Origin: a virus
DNA: 41,003 nt
Virus genome (UHGV): UHGV-0224761
Strand: one strand, 5' to 3'
Made by a program: the position numbers and the translations under genes. Below, in pieces: positions 27,664-37,552 of the stretch (position 1 is the stretch's first letter; each line of letters starts with the position of its first letter). The notes under the pieces were generated by a model. It did not search any database, was not told where the DNA came from, and saw nothing but the letters and a program-made list of their open reading frames with translations.

Positions 27664-29008
27664 CACGCCGGGGCGTGGCTCCTTTCGTGGTGTACCGTTC
27701 CTGGTTTATCAGGAGCAGCGGGAACGGGGCGGACGTAACATTGTGCGCCGTGAATACCCACTGCGTGAAAGCGGCGGTGCGGATGATCTGGGGCCAAAAC
27801 TCCCGGAGTTCACATTCACGGTTCTGGTGACCGGAGACGATCTTCAGACACAGCGAAGCCGCCTGCGTGATGCGCTGCGTGCACCCGGTGCCGGTGAACT
27901 GATGCACCCGGATTACGGCACGTTAAACGTGCTGATAAACAGCTTTGAAAGCCGTTATAACGCCAGCGAGCAGGGAACGGTTGAGTTCACGATCAACGTG
28001 ATCCCCGCCAGTGACGATACCGCCCCTGCGGTGGCAGAAGATACGGCAGCTGCGCTGGAGCAGAAAAGCGGCTCAGCAATGAATCAGCTGTTTAACACGC
28101 TTTCAGACGGCTGGACGGTGATTTCAGACGGTCTGCATGATGTACAGGCCATGACCGACACCATCAGCGATAAGATTGATGCACTGGAGAATGCCGTTTC
28201 GGGGATGGGGATTGTGCAGGATATCAGTGCCTTTACGGCCAGTTTTACTGCCCTGAAAGGCAATGCCGCCGCCCTGATTAATGCGCCCCGTCGCATGGCT
28301 GAATCGCTGGCCGGAATGTTTGCCGTGCTGACCGGGCTGCCCGGCGATCCTTCCCTGTCTCTGACCGGAAAAGCCGGAACGCCGTCCGGCAGCCTGACCA
28401 CAAACCGTGACAGCATGGCAGAGCAGGCCATGCCGCAGCTGTACCGCACACTTTCCTCCCTGCGTTACACCCTCAGCGAACAGGATGATCCACAGCGCCT
28501 GATTGGCCTGACGCCTGCGGCACAGAAAAATATCCGTCTGCTGCGGAGCGTGATGCAGAGTGCAACCCTGGTGTCGCAGGCACAGACGCTCGGAAAACTG
28601 CTGGATCAGGTCATCCGGCAGAATACGACGCACGTTCAGGATACTGACCGTTCGGGCGGACTGGCCTGGCTGGAAAGTTCTGCTGATGTGCAGCGTATCA
28701 ACCGGGATTTGAGCGATGCCATGGAACAACAGGTGCTGGATCTGTCCGCACAGGGCTATACCGGGACTGCCCTTGCATTACGTGATGCAGGGCTTGCGCT
28801 GACAGAAGATTTAACCACACGGAGCGTGCATCTTCCCGGTGCTTTTCAGGTCATGGTTCGCACCACCGAACCGGCACTGGTCACGCTGTACCGTGCCACC
28901 GGCAACAGCAGTCGCTGGCAGTATTTTGTCCGCAGAAACAATATCCCCGATCCGGTTTTTGTTCCGGGTGGCCGCAGCGTGGAGGTGATCAGTGAGCAGC
29001 AGGATTGA
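27650..29008 (+). CDS. N: Mu N-like DNA circularisation protein
   Basis: 452 aa; N-terminal ...FRGVPFLV... ; directly after the tape measure gene. Confidence 0.65.
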   Translation: MASTDTPGRGSFRGVPFLVYQEQRERGGRNIVRREYPLRESGGADDLGPKLPEFTFTVLVTGDDLQTQRSRLRDALRAPGAGELMHPDYGTLNVLINSFESRYNASEQGTVEFTINVIPASDDTAPAVAEDTAAALEQKSGSAMNQLFNTLSDGWTVISDGLHDVQAMTDTISDKIDALENAVSGMGIVQDISAFTASFTALKGNAAALINAPRRMAESLAGMFAVLTGLPGDPSLSLTGKAGTPSGSLTTNRDSMAEQAMPQLYRTLSSLRYTLSEQDDPQRLIGLTPAAQKNIRLLRSVMQSATLVSQAQTLGKLLDQVIRQNTTHVQDTDRSGGLAWLESSADVQRINRDLSDAMEQQVLDLSAQGYTGTALALRDAGLALTEDLTTRSVHLPGAFQVMVRTTEPALVTLYRATGNSSRWQYFVRRNNIPDPVFVPGGRSVEVISEQQD

Positions 29009-30116
29009 ACTGTATATCGGTGGCAGTATTTTTTCCGGCTGGCTGACGGTCAGCGTCCGTCGCTCGCTGGAGCATCTGGCCGGGTCGTTTGAACTGGGGC
29101 TGATGCTGCCCGGTGAGCGCATCCCCTCAGCCCTGCGAACCGGTCAGTCCCTGACGCTCAGAATTAACGGGCAGACGGTCATCAGTGGCTGGCTGGATCA
29201 GGTCAGTCAGCGGATCAGTGCAACCCGTCATCAGATCAGCATCAGCGGTCGGGATAAAACCGGCGACCTGGTGGACTGTGCCGCCATCCATCCCGGCAGC
29301 CAGTGGCGCAACCGGACGCTGGCACAGATTGCCGCAGATTTATGTGCGCCCTTCGGGATAGCCGTGCGCTGGCAGGTTAACGACGACACGGCTGCACGCC
29401 CCTTCAGCTCTTTTACGCTGGAAAACTCAGAAACCGTGGCGGATGCGCTGACCCGTGCTGCCCGGCATCGCGGGGTGCTGGTGACCAGTAATGCTGACGG
29501 CGATCTGGTGTTCACCCAGGCAGGAAGCCAGCAGACGGACAGACTGGTGCTGGGAGATAACCTGCTTGATGCCGATTACAACACGGACTGGCGAGGACGA
29601 TACAGCGAATACCGTGTCCGGGGACACGGGCGCGGTGGTGGCAAACGGGGAGACAGCGAATCCGCCGCCCGTCTGGCAGCACCTGTGGGCGTCATCAGTG
29701 ATGAGCAGATCGGCCGCTACCGGCCGAAAATCATCCTCGCCGATCAACAGACAGACACCACCGGTGCACGGCAGCGTGCCCTGCGTGAAATGCGCCGTGC
29801 GATTGCCCGTTCAGAACGGTTTTCTGCCACCGTGCGTGGCTGGTTCCGGGATGATGGTCGGTTATGGGATGTCAATCTGCTGACCGGTGTTTCAGCCCTG
29901 CGTTTCGGTATAGAACAGACTGAACTGCTGGTCTGTCAGGTGGAGTTTTTACTTGATGAACATAACGGGGAAGTCACCCGGCTGGTACTGGCACCGCGTG
30001 ACGGCTTTATCGTTCCGGCAGAGCCGGACAGTAAGGGCCGGGGTGGTTCCGGTGACGATGTTGATGCCTTTATTCGCCAGCAGATGAAAAAACAGGGGAT
30101 CAGCTTTGATGAATGA
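28992..30116 (+). CDS. P: Mu P-like tail/baseplate hub protein
   Basis: 374 aa; position and size. Confidence 0.6.
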   Translation: MSSRIELYIGGSIFSGWLTVSVRRSLEHLAGSFELGLMLPGERIPSALRTGQSLTLRINGQTVISGWLDQVSQRISATRHQISISGRDKTGDLVDCAAIHPGSQWRNRTLAQIAADLCAPFGIAVRWQVNDDTAARPFSSFTLENSETVADALTRAARHRGVLVTSNADGDLVFTQAGSQQTDRLVLGDNLLDADYNTDWRGRYSEYRVRGHGRGGGKRGDSESAARLAAPVGVISDEQIGRYRPKIILADQQTDTTGARQRALREMRRAIARSERFSATVRGWFRDDGRLWDVNLLTGVSALRFGIEQTELLVCQVEFLLDEHNGEVTRLVLAPRDGFIVPAEPDSKGRGGSGDDVDAFIRQQMKKQGISFDE

Positions 30117-30720
30117 TGAAGTGTTCAGCCGCCTGATTGCCCCGGTAACGCGCGGTATTCGCCTGTTGTTTGGCCGGGGCGTTCTGACCGGCACACATGA
30201 CGAACTGAAAATGCAGAATGTGCAGCTCACCGGCATGGACGGCGAAACCTTTGATGATGTGGAGCGTCCCCAGCAGTACGGGCAGATCAGCGTTCCCCTG
30301 CCGGGTGCGGAAACCTTTTTTGCCTGTCTGGGCGGACAGCGGGATCAGACTGTGGTGCTTGTGGTGGAAGACCGGCGCAGCCGCCCGACCGGACTCACAG
30401 CCGGAGATACGGGGGTGTATCACCATGAGGGGCACCGGATACGGTTAACAAAGGATGGTCGCATTATTGTGACATGCAAAATGCTGGAGATTTACGCCGA
30501 TGAGGGGATGCGGGTGGATACGCCGGAGGCCACCTTTACGGGCAATGTGACGGTGGATAAGAACCTGCATGTTAAGGGTAATTTCGCGCTTGAGGGCACG
30601 GGGAAATCTCAGGGACTGTTCACAATGTCGGATGCCGTTATTGCAGGGATACGGTATTCCGGCCATGTGCATCATGATAACGGCGAAGGCAGTAAGACAG
30701 GAGTGCCGGAGAATGGCTGA
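30106..30720 (+). CDS. Q: Mu Q-like baseplate spike protein
   Basis: 204 aa; position. Confidence 0.55.
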   Translation: MMNDEVFSRLIAPVTRGIRLLFGRGVLTGTHDELKMQNVQLTGMDGETFDDVERPQQYGQISVPLPGAETFFACLGGQRDQTVVLVVEDRRSRPTGLTAGDTGVYHHEGHRIRLTKDGRIIVTCKMLEIYADEGMRVDTPEATFTGNVTVDKNLHVKGNFALEGTGKSQGLFTMSDAVIAGIRYSGHVHHDNGEGSKTGVPENG

Positions 30721-31150
30721 TATTGCAATTGTGTGGGATCAGGGATGCGGTTCGCTGCAACTGAACGGTGCCGACCTGCTGACGGATGACAGTCTGCTGA
30801 CGGCCGTTCTGATTTCGCTGTTTACTGACCGCCGGGCGCTGGCATCGGATGAAATCCCTGACGGTACGCGTGACCGCCGGGGATGGTGGGGAGACAGTTT
30901 TCGCCCGCGTCCCATTGGCTCCCGTCTGTGGCTTCTCCGCCGGGAAAAAACGCTGGCCTCCGTGATAAGCCGTGCCCGTGCCTATGCGGATGAGGCGCTG
31001 GGCTGGCTCAGTCAGGATGGCGTGGCGTCATCCGTGGTCTGTCATGCAGAACGTGTGGGGCACGCGCGGCTGGCGCTTTCGGTGCGCATAACCCTGCCTG
31101 ATGGTTCAGTGAGGCCCATGATTTTTTATGCTGATCTTAAGGGGGAGTAA
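30713..31150 (+). CDS. V: Mu gp46/V-like baseplate protein
   Basis: Internal ATG (MADIAIVWDQG...) overlapping the Q stop as ATGGCTGA; about 145 aa. Confidence 0.55.
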   Translation: MADIAIVWDQGCGSLQLNGADLLTDDSLLTAVLISLFTDRRALASDEIPDGTRDRRGWWGDSFRPRPIGSRLWLLRREKTLASVISRARAYADEALGWLSQDGVASSVVCHAERVGHARLALSVRITLPDGSVRPMIFYADLKGE

Positions 31151-32232
31151 TGCCTTATCAGCCTTTACCGCTGGCACAGTTAATCACGCAGACACAGCAG
31201 GATATCAGCCAGCGCCTGCCCGGCTCGCAGCCGGGTGTGAATGAAACCACCCTGAATGCCATTGCTTACGCTCAGGCAGGGTTATCTGCTCAGGAGCATG
31301 AGCATCTGGCCTGGATTGCGCGTCAGATCATCCCGACCGAAGCCGATGAAGCCGAACTGCTGAAACACTGTGCATTCTGGGGCGTCATGCGTAAGCCTGC
31401 CTCTCGGGGGGACGGGCCGGTTCAGCTGATGCTGACCACGGATGCGGGGATCAAGGAAGGTGTGCTTCTCCAGCGAAGTGATGGCGTGGTTTACCGTATC
31501 ACCACCTCCCTGACCGGTAAGGCCGGTACGCTGAATGTCAGTGTGGAAGCCGAAAGTGCCGGTCGTGCGGGGAATGCCCCGGCAGGGACAAAACTGACAT
31601 TTATCACACCGCAGGCGGGGATCAACCAGACGGCCACGGTGACCGGAACGGGGATCACCGGTGGTGCGGATGTGGAAACCGTGCCGGAGCTGCTTTCCCG
31701 TCTGGTTTTCCGGGTGCAGAATCCACCGTCCGGCGGCACGCAGTATGATTTTGAACGCTGGGCGCGTGAAGTGCCGGGCGTGACGCGGGCATGGTGCCGC
31801 CCGGAATGGCCGCAGGCGGGCAGCGTGGGGGTAACGTTTGTTCAGGATAATAACCCGGATATTTTCCCCGGTGACGGTGATGTTCAGCGGGTGGCGGATT
31901 ATATCCGCAGTCATGATGATCCGGCGACCGGCCAGCCTGTCGGACAGCCTCTGGGGCCGACGGTGACCGTGTTTAAACTGACCAATAAGCCGGTGCCCTT
32001 CAGCATCAGGATCATCCCGAAAACACCGGAGAATCAGGCGGCCGTAAAACAGGCGCTGACCGACCTGTTGTATAACGAATCCCGGCCCGGCGGTCTGGTT
32101 CTGCCGTCGTCTTTCTGGCGGGCGGTGGCAGGGGTGAAAAATCTGGAGGATTTTGAAGTGCGCAGTCCGCTGACGTCAGTTCAGGCGGGAGACAGTGAGC
32201 TGCTGACGGTAGGAGAAATCACATGGCTGTAA
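31150..32232 (+). CDS. W: Baseplate J-like protein (Mu W-like)
   Basis: 360 aa; position. Confidence 0.65.
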   Translation: MPYQPLPLAQLITQTQQDISQRLPGSQPGVNETTLNAIAYAQAGLSAQEHEHLAWIARQIIPTEADEAELLKHCAFWGVMRKPASRGDGPVQLMLTTDAGIKEGVLLQRSDGVVYRITTSLTGKAGTLNVSVEAESAGRAGNAPAGTKLTFITPQAGINQTATVTGTGITGGADVETVPELLSRLVFRVQNPPSGGTQYDFERWAREVPGVTRAWCRPEWPQAGSVGVTFVQDNNPDIFPGDGDVQRVADYIRSHDDPATGQPVGQPLGPTVTVFKLTNKPVPFSIRIIPKTPENQAAVKQALTDLLYNESRPGGLVLPSSFWRAVAGVKNLEDFEVRSPLTSVQAGDSELLTVGEITWL

Positions 32233-32783
32233 CCCTGACCCCGCATCAGCGCGCCCTGTTGCAGTTACTGCCTGACGGGCTGGCATGGGACAAGCGTCCG
32301 TCATCCGTACTGGCATCATTATGTCTGGGCCTCAGTCATTCGACAGCGCGTGTATCCTGGACGGGTAAACAGCTGCTTGCCGAGCGTTTCCCTGACACGT
32401 CGCGCCTGCTGCTGGAAGACTGGGAGCGTTATCTCGGGCTTCCCGAGTGTGATATGGCCGGAGCCACCCTCACGGAGCGACAGCGTTATGCCGGAAATAA
32501 ATACCGGATGAAGCCCTCGCTGAACCGTGAATTTTATATCCGGTTTGCGGCGGAGTTTGGTTATCAGATTGACATTCAGCCCTCACCGGATTCGCAGTGG
32601 GTCAGTATTGTCACGATTAACAGTGAAACCGGCTACCGGAATATGAATGTGCTGGATGATATTCTCACGCCGCTGCGTATTTATGAAGGCGGTGCGCTGG
32701 AATGTATTCTGAACCGTTATAAGCCTGCATGGCAGACGTTTATTTACGTTTATGCAAACAGCCATGAAGAGGAGACTATTTAA
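32223..32783 (+). CDS. R: Mu R/gp48-like tail protein
   Basis: 186 aa; position immediately before the tail fibre gene. Confidence 0.55.
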   Translation: MAVTLTPHQRALLQLLPDGLAWDKRPSSVLASLCLGLSHSTARVSWTGKQLLAERFPDTSRLLLEDWERYLGLPECDMAGATLTERQRYAGNKYRMKPSLNREFYIRFAAEFGYQIDIQPSPDSQWVSIVTINSETGYRNMNVLDDILTPLRIYEGGALECILNRYKPAWQTFIYVYANSHEEETI

Positions 32784-33673
32784 TGTTTCATGTTGATAAT
32801 AATTCCGGCGTGGCGAATATGCCTGCGCTGGCACCGGCGCAGAGTAATACCACCACCTGGTTTACCGAAGGTGACGGACAAAAAGGTATCAGCTGGATTG
32901 GTCAGGACTGGCTGAATATTCTCCAGGCCGAACTGCTGAATATTCTGGCTGAAGCCAGTATTCAGCCGGATAAGGCGCAGTTAAACCAGCTTACGCTGTC
33001 CATTAAAGCCATTATCGCTGCGAATGCCTTTTCCCGGAAAAATAACCTGAAAGAAATTGCTGATGCCGGTGCGGAGGCCCAGCGTCTGGCCCGTGGTTAT
33101 CTTGGTCTGGGGACGCTTGCCACAAAAAACAGTCTTGGTCCCGCTGACGTTAATGCCCTGGCGAAGGATCAGAATCTCGCCGACCTGGAGAATAAGGGAA
33201 CCGCCCGTAATAATCTGGATGTTTACAGCAAAAGCGAAGGTGATAACCGTTACCTGCGCAGGGAGCAGAACGGCGCAGACATTCCGGATAAAGGGGCTTT
33301 TATCGATAACGTCGGTTTACGGGAAACGGTAAACAGGGCGGCGAATGCTCTGCCATCGGACGGCACCGCCGTTGCCGCGAATAGACTCGCCACCCCAAGA
33401 AATATTAATGGGGTTCCCTTTGACGGGACGCAGGACATAAACATCACTTCTGGTATAACACAGCAGGATGCGGATTCCCGATATATCCAGGATATCAGGC
33501 TGGGAGCAGAGAACAGGCAGGTAATGTACGGTGGGGCATATTACTCTGCGTACGGTAATGTTATGGCAGGCCTGCAGATTGACAGTAAAGTTGATGCTTC
33601 AAACGATTTTATAGCATTCAGACCCCTGCAAAAATTAGTCGGAGGTACATGGATTACGGTATCTCAGTTATAA
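32783..33673 (+). CDS. S: Tail fibre protein S: constant part fused to the variable part Sv in the present orientation
   Basis: 296 aa; the gix crossover site lies at about codon 177; the C-terminus ...[18 protein letters not shown] is paralogous to the alternative Sv' tip. Confidence 0.7.
   Translation: MFHVDNNSGVANMPALAPAQSNTTTWFTEGDGQKGISWIGQDWLNILQAELLNILAEASIQPDKAQLNQLTLSIKAIIAANAFSRKNNLKEIADAGAEAQRLARGYLGLGTLATKNSLGPADVNALAKDQNLADLENKGTARNNLDVYSKSEGDNRYLRREQNGADIPDKGAFIDNVGLRETVNRAANALPSDGTAVAANRLATPRNINGVPFDGTQDINITSGITQQDADSRYIQDIRLGAENRQVMYGGAYYSAYGNVMAGLQIDSKVDASNDFIAFRPLQKLVGGTWITVSQL
33300..33325. promoter_or_regulatory. gix-like recombination site, left (TTATCGATAACG-TC-GGTTTACGGGAA)
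   Basis: 26-bp site with dyad symmetry matching the Gin/Hin crossover-site pattern; an inverted copy lies at 34617..34642. Confidence 0.7.
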
Positions 33674-33724
33674 ATAGTCAGTAAATAATATATTTTAAAA
33701 CAGATTTATTTCCAGGAGGATTTT

Positions 33725-34246
33725 ATGGAACTAAAAAATATAACCCGTTATTATCCTGAAAATATGCCATATGGTAATAATGTTCAGTATTTCCAGAGTG
33801 AAGATGGTAAGGATTTCTACGAATCCCTGCCATTATTCACCAAAAAATATAAACTTTGCATAACACCTGACAGCGGCGTTATCTGCTCAATATCACAGGA
33901 CGCCTCGGCGCTGTATCCTGCGGGGTTTTCTGTGGTTGAGGTCGATGAACTCCCTGAAGGCACGGATATTTCAGGAAACTGGAAGTTTGATAATGGCATA
34001 ATCTCCCGTATTCCGGTTAACTACGCAAGAAAACTGGAAGCAATGCGCCAGTCATATCTTAATCAGGCATATGAAAAAATTAATGACTGGAGAACGGAGC
34101 TACAACTGGGCACCATCAGCGATGAAGACAGAGCAGCACTTACCCAATGGATGGCATACATCAGTCAGGTGAAGAAAATGGAACTACCCGCCATTAAAAC
34201 AGAAGCTGAATTTAACGCCATTAAATGGCCTGAGCAGCCACAGTAA
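33725..34246 (+). CDS. U: Tail fibre assembly protein (U-like)
   Basis: 173-aa ORF immediately after S with RBS aggagg. Confidence 0.6.
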   Translation: MELKNITRYYPENMPYGNNVQYFQSEDGKDFYESLPLFTKKYKLCITPDSGVICSISQDASALYPAGFSVVEVDELPEGTDISGNWKFDNGIISRIPVNYARKLEAMRQSYLNQAYEKINDWRTELQLGTISDEDRAALTQWMAYISQVKKMELPAIKTEAEFNAIKWPEQPQ

Positions 34247-34250
34247 TAAA

Positions 34251-34268
34251 GAAGGCCGGAAGGCCTTC
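34251..34268. terminator. Hairpin between convergent U and Sv'
   Basis: gaaggcc-ggaa-ggccttc, a 7-bp perfect stem, flanked by A/T-rich sequence. Confidence 0.5.
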
Positions 34269-34277
34269 TGAATATCA

Positions 34278-34628
34278 TTATATACTTGCAGCCGTCACCC
34301 ATGCTCCATTTAACAGATACTGCAACGGCCGGTAATACACGCCGCCGACGTTATCTGCCGTATTCTTACCGACATCCTGTACTTTAATTCCGGTAAGAAC
34401 ATTGCCGCCCCCCAGATTCAGATCCCAGCTTTCCCATGTTCCGGGCATATGTGCGGTCACCGACCCCAGTCTTATGGCGGTTACTGTTCCTGATGAGATA
34501 GTGATATCCTGCGTCCCGTCAAAGGGAACACCATTAATTGTGTGGGCATTTGCCAGCCTGTTCGCGGCAACGGCGGTGCCGTCCGATGGCAGGGCATTCG
34601 CCGCCCTGTTTACCGTTTCCCGTAAACC
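34278..34628 (-). CDS. Alternative tail fibre variable part Sv' (no own start; expressed after inversion as an Sc-Sv' fusion)
   Basis: Minus-strand frame open from the gix site to the stop at 34278, reading ...[41 protein letters not shown]...YYRPLQYLLNGAWVTAASI, collinear with Sv. Confidence 0.6.
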   Translation of the reverse strand, partial: GLRETVNRAANALPSDGTAVAANRLANAHTINGVPFDGTQDITISSGTVTAIRLGSVTAHMPGTWESWDLNLGGGNVLTGIKVQDVGKNTADNVGGVYYRPLQYLLNGAWVTAASI

Positions 34629-34642
34629 GAGGTTTTCAGGAA
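34617..34642. promoter_or_regulatory. gix-like recombination site, right (TTCCCGTAAACC-GA-GGTTTTCAGGAA)
   Basis: Close match to the Gin crossover-site pattern; inverted relative to 33300..33325. Confidence 0.7.
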
Positions 34643-34707
34643 AGCCAGGATTAACTCTGTTTTATTCCTCATGCGACAATTCCGGCTTTTTATAATAAGG
34701 AAATCGT

Positions 34708-35280
34708 ATGCTGATTGGGTATATCAGGGTGTCAACAAATGACCAGAATACGGCGCTACAAAGAAATGCGCTGGAATGTGCAGGATGTGAGCTGTTTTTC
34801 GAAGACAGAATAAGCGGTAAGACAAGGGAGCGTCCCGGACTTAAACGCGCATTAAAGCGACTCCGGCCAGGGGATACCCTGCTGGTCTGGAAACTGGATC
34901 GCCTTGGACGCAGTATGCAGCACCTTGTCCTTTTAACAGAAGAACTCCGGCAACGCGGCGTTAACTTCCGCAGCATTACGGACAATATTGATACATCCAC
35001 TCCCATGGGACGTTTCTTTTTCCATATAATGGGCGCGCTGGCGGAAATGGAGCGGGAACTCATTATTGAACGTACACGCGCGGGTCTTGCTGCTGCCCGT
35101 GCTCAGGGGCGTCATGGCGGCAGACCTCAGAAACTGACAGAGAAAGAGCGGGAGCAAATCGCCCGTTTGCTGGCTAATGGCGAGTCCCGTAAACAAATCG
35201 CACTGATATTTGATATTGGCCTTTCCACCCTTTATCGTTATTTTCCTGCCTCACCAGCTCCGTCACCAAAAGTACCGTGA
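34708..35280 (+). CDS. gin: Gin/Hin-family serine DNA invertase
   Basis: 190 aa; MLIGYIRVSTNDQ... with the catalytic serine in the RVST motif and a C-terminal HTH (...GESRKQIALIFDIGLSTLYRY...). Confidence 0.95.
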   Translation: MLIGYIRVSTNDQNTALQRNALECAGCELFFEDRISGKTRERPGLKRALKRLRPGDTLLVWKLDRLGRSMQHLVLLTEELRQRGVNFRSITDNIDTSTPMGRFFFHIMGALAEMERELIIERTRAGLAAARAQGRHGGRPQKLTEKEREQIARLLANGESRKQIALIFDIGLSTLYRYFPASPAPSPKVP

Positions 35281-35365
35281 CACTTTTTTGAATTTCCGCA
35301 AAACACATATTTTTCAGCGGTCGCTATTCTGACTCTGTTTAATTCAGAAACAGGCAGAAAAGACG

Positions 35366-37420
35366 ATGTCAGACTCCAAGTGGAAAATGCTCTCCGCCAT
35401 GCCCGGAGAGTTTTCAGTCAAGGTTGCCGGTGGCACGGTGGCATTTATTGAAAGCCCTTTCCGCCCTTCGGGTAATAAAGGGGGGATCACCTTCGCAGAC
35501 TGCGTGATCCGCTTCAGCACGAAAGAGCCATTATGGGTAATGCCGGTATCCGGTAATCCCAGTGCAGAAATCACCAGTTCAGGCGTGACTGGCATCATTC
35601 CAATCACATCTGACGTGGCCGGAACGCTCACGCCCTCCGACTGGAATGCACCGGATAACGCCGGGCCTTCCGGTAGCACGAATGGCAGCAGTTCAGAGCC
35701 GGAATATTACTTTGTTGTCATTCTCGCGGGTCAGTCAAATGGCATGGCCTACGGCGAGGGGCTGCCGTTACCGGATTCGTTTGACCGCCCGGACCCACGC
35801 ATTAAGCAACTGGCACGCCGCAGTACGGTAACGCCCAACGGTACGTCGTGTACATACAACGACATCATTCCGGCAGACCACTGCCTGCATGATGTTCAGG
35901 ATATGAGCGGGATAAACCACCCGAAAGCTGATCTGGCAAAAGGCCAGTACGGGACTGTCGGTCAGGGGTTGCATATTGCCAAAAAACTGCTTCCCTATAT
36001 CCCACAGAATGCCGGGATACTTCTGGTGCCCTGTTGTCGTGGCGGGTCAGCATTCACCACTGGAGCCGACGGCTCATTCAGTGAGGCCAGCGGTGCTTCC
36101 GCTGATTCTTCACGCTGGGGGGCCGGTAAACCTCTGTATCAGGACCTGGTAAGCCGCACCAAAGTCGCGCTGGCGAAAAACCCGAAAAACAAACTTCTGG
36201 CTGTGGTCTGGATGCAGGGAGAGGCAGACCTTGCCTCAGGAAGCCAGCAGCATAATAGTTTATTCACGGCCATGGTTCAGCAGTTCAGAACTGACCTGGC
36301 TCCGCTTGCTGCGCAGTGCGTGAGTGGAAATGCCACCACGGTGCCGTGGATTTGCGGTGATACCACGTATTACTGGAAAAACGCTGGCACCGATAAATAT
36401 GAGGCAGTATACGGTGGCTACAAAGGCAAGGAAGCACAGAAAATTTTCTTTGTACCGTTCCTGACGGATGAGAATGGACAGAGCACGCCAACGAATGCTC
36501 CGGCGGAAGACCCGGATATTGTGGCTGTCGGGTATTACGGTGCAGCATCCCGAACCCAGGGCAGTTTTGTTTCGACACAGCGTGACAGCCATTTCAGCTC
36601 ATGGGCACGCAGGGGCGTCATTTCAGACCGTCTGGCCTCAGCTATTATGCTCCATGCAGGGCGCACGGCTGAACTGATGCGCGGGCAGACCGTGACACCA
36701 CCGGATGAGAAGCCGTCACCTGATACACCATCAAAACCGTCCACGCCACCCGCAGACACCACGACGATGAGTACGCTATTTGCTTACCGGGCATCTGAGT
36801 CTGAAGGACGGTTGACACCACAGGGTTGGGCTGCCGGAGGTGGCAAGGCTCAAATCGTGGATGATGCCGGAGCCAGCGGGGGTAAGGCAATGAAACTGAC
36901 CAAGGAAACAGGAAGAGCCCCCTGGTACCTTGAGCATGATGCTGGTAATGGTGCGGACCTGCTGGGTAAAGGTGGTCTTGTCAGTTGTCGTTTTAAACTC
37001 GATGGCGCGCTTACGGCTAATCAGTACGCACTGGCGCTGTACTGGCCGGTTTCTGCCCTGCCGCAAGGGGTTACTCTGGAAGGAAATGCCGGTCATAACC
37101 TGCTGGCATCGTTCTACGTACAGAGCGATGCCACAGACCTTAACGTGATGTATCACAAAGGAAACACGGCGCAGAACACGAAGCTGGGGTCATTCGGCGC
37201 ATTTAATAACGAATGGCATACGCTGGGCTTCCGTTTTGCCGGTAACAACAGTATTGAGGTGACGCCGGTCATTGATGGTAAGGACGGGACACCATTCATG
37301 CTGTCGCAGTCTCCGGTCGGCACGTTTACGGCAGACAAGTTGCGCGTGACCGATATCACTAAAAATGCGACTTACCCGGTACTGATTGACAGTATCGTGG
37401 TGGAAGTGAATAACGCGTAA
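35366..37420 (+). CDS. SGNH-hydrolase / sialate-O-acetylesterase-like protein (NanS-p-like) with a long C-terminal domain; prophage cargo
   Basis: 684 aa; SGNH block I ...VVILAGQSNGMAYGEG...; paralogous to the host gene fragments at both prophage junctions. Confidence 0.7.
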   Translation: MSDSKWKMLSAMPGEFSVKVAGGTVAFIESPFRPSGNKGGITFADCVIRFSTKEPLWVMPVSGNPSAEITSSGVTGIIPITSDVAGTLTPSDWNAPDNAGPSGSTNGSSSEPEYYFVVILAGQSNGMAYGEGLPLPDSFDRPDPRIKQLARRSTVTPNGTSCTYNDIIPADHCLHDVQDMSGINHPKADLAKGQYGTVGQGLHIAKKLLPYIPQNAGILLVPCCRGGSAFTTGADGSFSEASGASADSSRWGAGKPLYQDLVSRTKVALAKNPKNKLLAVVWMQGEADLASGSQQHNSLFTAMVQQFRTDLAPLAAQCVSGNATTVPWICGDTTYYWKNAGTDKYEAVYGGYKGKEAQKIFFVPFLTDENGQSTPTNAPAEDPDIVAVGYYGAASRTQGSFVSTQRDSHFSSWARRGVISDRLASAIMLHAGRTAELMRGQTVTPPDEKPSPDTPSKPSTPPADTTTMSTLFAYRASESEGRLTPQGWAAGGGKAQIVDDAGASGGKAMKLTKETGRAPWYLEHDAGNGADLLGKGGLVSCRFKLDGALTANQYALALYWPVSALPQGVTLEGNAGHNLLASFYVQSDATDLNVMYHKGNTAQNTKLGSFGAFNNEWHTLGFRFAGNNSIEVTPVIDGKDGTPFMLSQSPVGTFTADKLRVTDITKNATYPVLIDSIVVEVNNA

Positions 37421-37428
37421 GCAGGATA

Positions 37429-37467
37429 AAAAAATGCCGCCGGTAAGGGAAAACAAGAAACCGGCGG
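37429..37467. terminator. Hairpin after the esterase gene (T-run on the minus strand)
   Basis: 9-bp stem gccgccggt...accggcggc preceded by an A7 run on the plus strand, which is a T-run on the minus strand. Confidence 0.45.
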
Positions 37468-37552
37468 CAAAAAGATCGTTATATCCAAAGCAAAAAATGC
37501 AGTGCACCTTTTTACCTAACAGATATTACCGGTGTCAACACCATGTCAATAA

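Larger units (their letters stand above)
33313..34629. other. Gin-invertible G-like segment (about 1.3 kb) carrying Sv, U and the inverted Sv'
   Basis: Bounded by inverted gix-like sites inside about 130 bp of inverted homology; gin lies immediately downstream. Confidence 0.7.

Noticed and set aside
26982-27907. Pro/Arg-rich minus-strand ORFs (27110..27907, 27202..27666, 26982..27434) inside the tape measure gene
   Set aside because: Typical antisense artefacts of a Gly/Ala-rich coding sequence.
33250-33447. Mirrored track ORFs 33250..33447 (minus) and 34402..34695 (plus) with near-identical translations
   Set aside because: Both are non-coding-strand readings of the inverted repeats flanking the invertible segment; the real coding frames are S (plus) and Sv' (minus).
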